In this document: positions 9,001-14,600 of the stretch, piece by piece
Layout: every line of letters starts with the position of its first letter
How positions within the stretch are numbered: the first letter of the stretch is position 1
IMG/VR virus record: IMGVR_UViG_3300048583_000222
Span: 11,766 to 75,765 of that record
Source of the DNA: a virus
Strand: one strand, 5' to 3'
DNA length: 64,000 nt
Notes under the pieces: generated by a model
Database searches by the model: none
What the model was told of the DNA's origin: nothing
Seen by the model: only the letters and a program-made list of their open reading frames with translations
Made by a program: the position numbers and the translations under genes

Positions 9001-11671
9001 GTGCATAGGTAGCACCCATCTCCGGAGTGATATGGGTATAATGCGCAGTACCCTTGACCATGACTGCCTTACCTGCGGCACGCGTCTGGTAGATACGCAG
9101 CAGCAACTTGAAGCGCTCCTCTATAGTGTCCTTCAGGGTCTTCACGTCGACACGTTTGCTTTTATTGACTTCCTGTGCGGTAAGGTAGATGATCGAGTCT
9201 GTAGCCTGTGTCTGCTGGAACTGATCAAAGAATCTTCCGCTCTTGCTGCCATCGGCATTGCGAATCTCTACAAACTGCTCGGCCCGGGCTTTGCGCAGCA
9301 GTTGCTCATCGATGCTTAAGGGTTCCCGTAGGGTTTGATCCTGCAGTACCATGTCAGAGGCAATGAACCTCACGGCCAGGTTGTCCATCAGTCCCCTGAA
9401 TCTTTTCTCAAATATGATGTTGTCCGGGATGGGCCCGGCTTTGACAAACATGTTGGCCATTTCCTTGGCGCTGAATCCGCTCAGCATCCTGTCATGGGAG
9501 GTGTACCCAATCAGGAATTGCATGGTGGGGTTCTCCATCGCGGTTTGGTACAGGGTACGCATGTTCTCGATCACGCGTTCATCAGGCATCCGGTTACCGG
9601 CATTCTTACCACCAAGCTTTCCTTCTACGGTGACCAATGGGTATGACTTTCCTTCTGTACCGGTGGATATCTTGGAGTGCTCCCCGAGTACTACCCACTT
9701 ACCCTTGGTACCTCGTACACTGGGGAATTCCTTGGGAGTATACTCTCTGCCTGCGGCAACTGCTGCTGCGCCTGCTCCGTGAAGTCCCTGGTTGTTGGCG
9801 CCGAAGACGAACACTTGGTTCTCACCCAACGCAGTAACCAGGCCTTCGTAGGTACTGTTCTTTACCACGGTCTCTCCTATTGCCGCATCCTTTGCAGAAG
9901 AAGGAGTCATGCCGGTTGTAAATACATTCTGAGTGTGCTCGTATACATTCTTAATAGCAACCTCTCCTGACGGCGTTAGCTCTCGTGTACCTATACCTGC
10001 AAAGTTCTTGGTAAGTGTAGGAGTACCTTGCCATACGAACTTGTTACCATCCCACTTGAACCACTGCCCTTTTTCCTGGTCGAATACATTGACAGGTTTG
10101 CCAGCATCGATAGCCATTTGGACAGCCCAGCCTGTTCCTCCTTTTACTTCTGTGAGAGAAGTCAATTTCCCAATAGCAAATACTGCATCACTGTTCTTAA
10201 CCTGCATCCAGTTACGGGCCAGAAGATCCATATACTTCTCAGGCTTTCTTTTCAAGGTCTGATTAGCCAGCATCACTTTTTCCTTTCCCTCTGCAAAATC
10301 AGCATCGTTTACCTCATCCTCTGGTTTGGACAAGGGGTTTAGGGTCCCATGCCAATAATGCTTGTGATTAGTTACTCCAAAGGTTCGTCCAATCCGATCC
10401 CATGCTGTGTCAGATCCTTTTGCACCGCCAGAGTGATTAGTTAGTGCAGCCATTTCTGTAACAGGATCCGCAGCCATGCCCAGTACAATGGCATCTGGTA
10501 AGCTGTCCCAGGCGTTCATCCATTCCGCTAAATACTTGGATTCTGCAAGGCTTTCATTTAATATGTTGGTAGCAGCTGCAAATGCTTCTGTATATAAGGT
10601 AGGGTTCTCCTTGTTAATGTTCATTGCATTAAGCAGGAAGTCCATAATCTGTTGTAGGAGATTATCGTATTTACGGCCATCCATAGCTGGCAATTCCTGC
10701 AATTTCTTGATAAGTGTTCCATTGGTAAACAGGGCAACAAAGAACTCATCTTCATTGTACATACCATAGATACCTTCCTTAGTAGCAGGGAGATATCCTC
10801 CCAAGTGCTTTTTCGCATACTGATACAGCTCTCTGAAGTCAGAGCTAATTTCAACATTATCCTGCAATTTGCGCCATGACAGGGCATGTAGAATCTCGTG
10901 GATTAGAATTTGATCCATACGTGCACCGGAGTTTCTGGCTATCACGATTTCGTTTGCTGACGGGTCATATATACCAATAGCTTGTATCGGACTGTTACCC
11001 ATACGATTAGCACTGATAACAGCTGAATCTTGCGTTGTGATCTCTATATTGTTGACCTCTGAAAATTGCAGTAGGTGCTCTGCAATGGTAGCAAAGCCGA
11101 TGTTACTATCTGCAATGCGTTGCAGTACATCTGACACTTTGTTAGGCCCATCCTTTGTTACGTACTCTTCCAGTGTGAGGGTTTTGCTACCATCTGCTTT
11201 AGACACTACAGCTCCTGCTGCTTCAGGTCTGGGTCGGATCTCTATACGTGCAGTAACGGGATTGTACACAATCAGCAACTTCTTGTACAGTGGTCCGGAG
11301 ACTTCGGTAAGTTGCTTATCCAGTGCCTTGGCCAGTTTTCGATTGCCTTCGTACTCAAAGAGGCGCCCGGGGATCCGCTTAAGTCCCCCATTCCAGTTCT
11401 CCACCAGCTTCATGTGCTGGGCTACATGGGACACACTTCCCAGTCCAAGTACCTGCAGCGCAGCGTCAAGTGTGGGCTCACCCTGAAGGGTACGCGGGAT
11501 TCGTACGTTCTTGTTCCGAACATCTGTCCAGTCACCGGTCTTTCGCAGGTATTCTACACTGCGTAACATGTACCAGGCTTGTGTTGCGATCTGCTCTCCC
11601 ATTAACTGAGAAAGCCCCGCGAACAGCATTGAAGGTTGACTGTTGGGGGCTTCGAAATTACATTGTAACAT
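2..11671 (-). CDS. Giant virion RNA polymerase polyprotein (>3,890 aa, 3' end beyond window); order N to C: zincin, SLOG, macro-like, RNAP core, zincin, Dda/RecD-like helicase
   Basis: ATG at 11671, 3 nt after the stop of the upstream ORF. Manual translation of many segments and of the window edge is open in one frame, and the ORF track lists no terminated ORF in this frame. Catalytic motif QMGSDFDVDKLF (DFDVDK at 5120-5137) is preceded by GIRIPTS and by YGDPA..YKK..KRLAGPIAPG, as in crAss-like vRNAPs. Also HEILH (10886-10900), HELMH (2564-2578) and GAGGTGKTT (1700-1726). Confidence 0.92.
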   Translation of the reverse strand, partial: MLQCNFEAPNSQPSMLFAGLSQLMGEQIATQAWYMLRSVEYLRKTGDWTDVRNKNVRIPRTLQGEPTLDAALQVLGLGSVSHVAQHMKLVENWNGGLKRIPGRLFEYEGNRKLAKALDKQLTEVSGPLYKKLLIVYNPVTARIEIRPRPEAAGAVVSKADGSKTLTLEEYVTKDGPNKVSDVLQRIADSNIGFATIAEHLLQFSEVNNIEITTQDSAVISANRMGNSPIQAIGIYDPSANEIVIARNSGARMDQILIHEILHALSWRKLQDNVEISSDFRELYQYAKKHLGGYLPATKEGIYGMYNEDEFFVALFTNGTLIKKLQELPAMDGRKYDNLLQQIMDFLLNAMNINKENPTLYTEAFAAATNILNESLAESKYLAEWMNAWDSLPDAIVLGMAADPVTEMAALTNHSGGAKGSDTAWDRIGRTFGVTNHKHYWHGTLNPLSKPEDEVNDADFAEGKEKVMLANQTLKRKPEKYMDLLARNWMQVKNSDAVFAIGKLTSLTEVKGGTGWAVQMAIDAGKPVNVFDQEKGQWFKWDGNKFVWQGTPTLTKNFAGIGTRELTPSGEVAIKNVYEHTQNVFTTGMTPSSAKDAAIGETVVKNSTYEGLVTALGENQVFVFGANNQGLHGAGAAAVAAGREYTPKEFPSVRGTKGKWVVLGEHSKISTGTEGKSYPLVTVEGKLGGKNAGNRMPDERVIENMRTLYQTAMENPTMQFLIGYTSHDRMLSGFSAKEMANMFVKAGPIPDNIIFEKRFRGLMDNLAVRFIASDMVLQDQTLREPLSIDEQLLRKARAEQFVEIRNADGSKSGRFFDQFQQTQATDSIIYLTAQEVNKSKRVDVKTLKDTIEERFKLLLRIYQTRAAGKAVMVKGTAHYTHITPEMGATYARNMEDVLYSLKYLMKATIRRLAIYGIKVNELDSNGATDQLTDGELVSTEAKAIENFNDLIFTLDPKATASGRLKLYIAATENVEEGPLLKPKVIGLPLGHVYIQQILDGTRKYSVRTPKQLADIGLSLKPGDSGSIKLGDTWYVVRPVKPMTAQEAKEYNEGDQRENLDFMRTGPDGTAIAAEKHEAKEGDVLLEIVPFVEERGLVNIPSFIGTPTLAELENLYDNVTGMLANTKPSFDKYMEILESGSPVLRKLAQRLKSSTTPEQIRREFVTVMTKSYTQYALIQYKLWDDNAEIRTINANIYSARKLVLENWKQAQKRSPMVKRTESGYYIIDPAKVDELKADYEELKAKNQRRIEGAKGPGAAKLRSIYFKAAKELVTKMFEYNGIMLTPIMYETLYKSGEEMLIKEWSEKKDGGGNGIFSMFLLKLLNTKDEEGIENTLEKNNPLYSENTTMNMLSRIYVRHADMLYNSSHRDLAGNNVWDYILNSYLSNAFLDLVDESGVYREQLKNTDFARNNWLLQVWENDPSSRRKADLLYLEGLKKMKGKAASERTDMSDRDQLFMALGMYMNNGWESSHYVSLTHSDKSRTPVFMNIPRTPTGAVGKPSLVLMERLYSVFESEFDRIANSAEHIYDDHQQYEQGKKFFFMMPQFNYANMKARRDAGEITEEELGTIWISDGVINAPGKGTEAFDKLVKRMLNEFITEETAIQLRKFNEAGMVDMTTGKHLFNERYIKEVANTQAGISVSRKDVYIVDKRRVDRPTYLKALSEFVAMNYAMNAFLVNTSMAQLLYGDPAQVYKKSVADTLIEYEKRLAGPIAPGKETEWTAEQMYYDIIVLDDYTVALDYIKGIPAYKDVNVTDAQEFVTMEEHLDVMFRFGMLAEDTYNEMIALVRDPNFAKFTRAGHERIALQITKPVYYGKRPNVDRGALLHDYVKSSAIPLYAGFTAGTELDKLRKDMEKRGIRRAQFISAKKIGAGKPFQAFGKNGNYNSIEFAPVQRLSREGFRIQQEVPYDRNKDMIQIFSQANKLIVSDLPENFSVTLMDGQTYNRDNIREKKEALRIQMVQENIEEFKEELDIEAIEGKFRFRNPAKFIKRLIDEGKKKSYSENELAPLTHLVDGRPISPLFFTSLSDPLHNLMMSMIDGVVKTKVPGKSYVQASSVGITRMLTGLGATAGITWVPGYDGSRELRMPVLNEDGTVTPAEILVPFHFFQDGQKMVITEFLLEDGTLDMSRLPLEVLEMVGIRIPTSKHNTMLPMKIVGFLPDNMGDAIIVPPGITTQMGSDFDVDKLFVYRRPYTITDKAASATDGIMAEYFDLHFKILTAASVYPVMMSPLDKPDLKDEAKKLAKPSAVGNFFGASSQLADFISQKDAKSLVGFGAQTNQFLATIQHLDLKLGTMEYNEETKEMVEIPTPIEIFKDEDGVISLVNLSGYGTSVYVPASGIPETRTKMDNINIMLQEFLDHAKHRTIDKINLTVHTYPAAAGILSLETEEGKAVNTTYVSRMLSQPIIRQFNLLMERGQDMLSGYVPNLEQSVFDQLYTEISKKIGEGEPVQAKAYTAKELLDMANKPKNTREYYLAQRDILRAFQEFHAVGTRMSEMAALTTQDVKGTDGSLFKVIDKDEKAGIVLGPDVILGGNDLLSGEKGFLFDTVNSLALSLFDNYLPHSQVYLHTLTHIKSYTNRKSMTQISEEIQKSVMKGIRSYVYSEAVRQALGVEDITAERARLYYATENGPSLAERVAEAQLSWGKNNFFLSRLHTDLGNGLDPHSVNFIAAKVTRMDDAENVRAWLDLLLSPDKNVRMLGEDLVRYAFLTGGVQDAQSFVRYVPFGYLAATNWFNVLQSAQNNMDSMLSSGVFTEQWFRHNPEKAISIDTGFKETGRTYEGVPEFFSFPYPDPDLGPTAEQQKYIVTIGIKKYFTPYISHRTESGDVVLYKKLTENEEAGIQYARIDTLGNRMSDEYNLTEPTHRSIVTDNRAFNLDWQVADNQAPAVLREGNTVVPNGQRPVEIEQNSNVHPIYTQVLGITKEVSEVEDINDTIIPHMLNSGTLPGVYHTLLTELHNFSGSQEFQDLIEEITYDRTSANRGPNSSGRLQIGFASGRPAYLLPENSIILQQVTPGASLRPDAAAGVQETFVHELMHWATLPMIEFAYRRTKGESTSVFEKHFDYNDPVMQSARHIVKLWEFARKGHEGEYWASSPHEFVAHATTNAETMKILNDMKYDGERSVLEAVWDFLNTLFNNIANMIGEPVKHDSVLAEALPHIIHVMKQGGVTEILTAGTVEYNDRDVIVGVRADGVAVKVHDSFMHGMPEPVRQKAISEVLGLYGKPEEDEDSVPWIEDGTEYTIIPGQPPVFPKIGKKPAENKPEVGMSRYELFPGVFANEKQREAIDRIPAFIGDVDSKLMAGENIPFEQRVFVLSGAGGTGKTTILRKVLAEFADRKMVITAPSHNAIVELKSALGKVKETLPNAKVDTIHAQLDLKRNAIKSMQTGTDVFEQKRGKFKKPLRSSSIIVVDESSMLDDTLMNYLKQDAPDNAVVIFMGDYAQLTPVGQVNDSLPFREYINTAGISLTQNMRTNKADVVTVLNAYRAAIDGVRAGTGTYKFPVVAFPNRVSSENVSYLSSREDFFNSFMNELSKDMKNPKNALMIVSTNKVREEFNLMVRTKRFGEAIATSTKISAGDIAIFNSAHEPTRLSAETAQRLGELEAKADFFNMQRVIVESVVPGRVTKDTVALDRDGEPWFAVKVDLPGFDYKFDLGSELENIVVETQGITKDTYYEIKNRIEGDKRKGEPNRYVNGGFNIPADLRGMSGGADFLAYPKYVAMMEALSKLIVDIEPAYTVTSHKSQGSTYNHVFVHEYNFIGPAQHKFSDKEVMNGMYTAVSRTKEHLYILHPANPKTVNLQANSMLLAASATVADGTPGPWTFRNEVEAAKAAKVLEERLQIKTEREGVNIIVHANPKALTQGNPKKPKSLSAELNKIISALEQQKETINNS

Positions 11672-11674
11672 ACG

Positions 11675-14600
11675 TTATCCGCATTTAAGGAATGGATTGT
11701 GTCCATCAGCCAGATATGGAATATTTGCTTTGATCATTTCTCTGTAGACCTGATCAGGCGTTTTCCCATTCCGTACCTCAGACGGTGTGAAGGTATATAA
11801 ATCCTTCAATATCTTCATGGACAAAGGCTGCATATCTGCACTAGGCACGATGGAAGTTACGGTATGCCCTACAAGATCAATATTGGAGTTCAACTCCATG
11901 CCCAGCATCTCATTGGCAGCGTCCAGATCATCGGCACTGAACTCCTCCGAATCGGAGGTAGTGGGGGTGGTTACCTCAGGTATAAGGGTAGCCGTGACTG
12001 TCTGATCTTCCTTGAGTATAACAGTAGCGTCATCGAAGAAAGTGATCATCGGATTGGCAGCGTACACATACTTACCGGCAAGTTGGTTGCGCCCATCTAC
12101 GTATGTGGTGGCGTGAGATTTCACGTAAGCATTGTAGTTAGCATGCTTGTGCACCTTCCACCCACTGGTCTGGTATAGTACTTCCTGGAACTTCTGGTTG
12201 TTATTGATACCCATTACCTCATCCTTGGTGTAGTTCACGTTCCGGTACCGGGTAGCCAGCCCTGCTCTTAAAGCTTCTACGAATTCAGGAGATAGCTCCT
12301 TGTTGCGCAGGTTGGCTACAATGGGCTGCTGTCCTGAATTGGCAAAGCCGATCATGACTGTGGCCAGTCCAGTGGACGGGTCGGTGACATTAAACAGGAA
12401 GTTATTGTTATCCGCCTCTGGGTTATGTGCCGTGTGGGAGGCGTCAAAAGACTGCAGGTAAGTGTACTGCTGGGTGATGAACCGACGCAGGTGCGCAGCA
12501 TTGCCAAAATCGTAACCCGTACGGGCGAAGACATCTTTCAACTCTGCCTGTACATCCGCATCCTTGCTCTTCAGGTACAGCCAGATGGCCCGCTCTACAG
12601 TACGCAGGTCGAGCTCATTCTCCAGCTTGTCCATGTACAATGGAGATACGGTGACAGACCCATTGGCCATGGGGAGCACTACTACAGGGGCATTGTGCCA
12701 TCTGTCCAGTTCGTCTATCGTGTTGTTCACCTCGATTGGGTTGTTCCGAGCTGTGTTGACCACGGTCTGGTTGATCACCGCCAGAGAGAGTGTGGTATCG
12801 GGGAGCATGTCTGTTGCCGGCATGCGGGTGTACTTGGGCTTCTCTCCCGTGTTGTCCACGTGGAGGATTACCCTACCTGGGCCCTTGGCTTCTATGGTGA
12901 GTTGTACAGTACCGGCTTCAGAGATCAGCCTGCGCAGCTTACTCAAGCGCTCTTGTTGTATGGCAAGGTTGTCGATGATTGTACCGTCCTCCAGTTCGAT
13001 GGTCTCTACGATGTTGCGCATGCGCTCGGGACCGCCTGTTCCCGGGAATTGCTCCATCATCCAGTCCCCTGTAGCCAGATATCCGATTACGGTACCCCGC
13101 TCATCTACCAGACGTATGGGTACATTCATATGGTCAGTCACCTTACCATCAGGGTCCGTGAAATCGGAGAAGCTGATGTCCTGCAACTTGTTGGCATGCC
13201 CATGTACCTTACCCTTGCCCTGATAGTTCTTGTCCAGTTCCGCGGTGACCTTAGTACCAGGCTTCAGCTGGGTGGGATCGAGGATAGCTGGATTGAGATT
13301 TGGGTTGAGTCCAACACCTGCTATGCGGTAGTTCCCCTTATCATCGGTGTAGTCCACCGGGTTCAGGGTAGTGGTGTTCACTTTCAGCATACTTACTGCC
13401 TTGGCTTCGTAGTGGGACTTATCCTTACCAACCACAACATCCGGAGCATTGTCCGTCTCGGGTTGTTCAGGGTCTGTCACTACAGGGCCATGGGTAACCT
13501 CAGTCTCGGTCTTCTCAGGTTTCCCTGTCTTGGTACCCTCATCTGTATGGGTCTCCCCGGGAGTTTCCTGATCATCCTGCACGGTAGGCAGACTCTTGAT
13601 GTACTTGCGCAGGGCAGTCAGTGTGTCCATCACCTCATCAGAGAATATAAAGAACAATCCATCATCCAGTGCCTGCTGTGTTTCTGGCAAGTTGCGGAAG
13701 TCTATGTCGGGCAGATTCGGGTCCCGCTTCAGTGCTTCTTCGAATGCGGCAAAGGCAGAATGGGCCTCCGCAGGAATATTCTCCTCCAGTACTTTCAGGT
13801 ACTCAGCCTGCTCTTTGATCAGTACATCGATCTCGTCTTCCACCGGTGCTTCTGGAATAGGTACCGGAGGTGGCGTAACAGTCTGACTGGCAGCCAGTGC
13901 TTTCTCCACATCTGACTTTACAATCTGCTTTCCGTTACGACCAGTAGGTACAATGGTGTTGATGTCCAGTCCATTGAGCTCCGCCAGGGCACGTGCTGCA
14001 GGTGTGATACTCACCCCAGTTTTCGCAGCAGGTTTTCTGGTCTTAGGAGCCGGTGCCGTCCCTGGCGGTGGTACTGTACTTGTAGCTGCTTGTGCCGCCT
14101 GAGCTGCTTGCTCATTGGTTTCCTGCTGTGCGAGTATTTCAGCAGAGTTAAGCTTGAGGGCATCGTGCAACGCAAGTTCTTTTTGTTGTAGGTCATTGAG
14201 TGCAGATTTAAGGTTACTCAAATCGTACTTGTGCTTGAGCATCTTGGTCTTCCAGTTCAGGTTCCACATGGAATGTTCTGTCAGCTTCAATGCATTGATC
14301 TTCTGTATCACAGCAGTTATCCTGTCTTTGATTTGTACGATCTCCTTTTGGGTGGCGTCGAGTTCAACCTCGAGTTTCTGCTTGTGTTTATCCAGACTGG
14401 TCTTGTTGCGCTCTACATGAGCAGCTGCTGCATTGCGGGTAACCTGTGCCTGTAAAGCCACTTTACGATCTTCCTCAATCATCTTCTTACGCTGCTCGTC
14501 AATGGGCCCTTTGATCTTCTTCAGCAGCTTCTTCACGTTGTTGGAATCACTCATGATGTCGTTCAGGTTGGCCTGATTAGCCTGAATCCTTGAACGAAGT

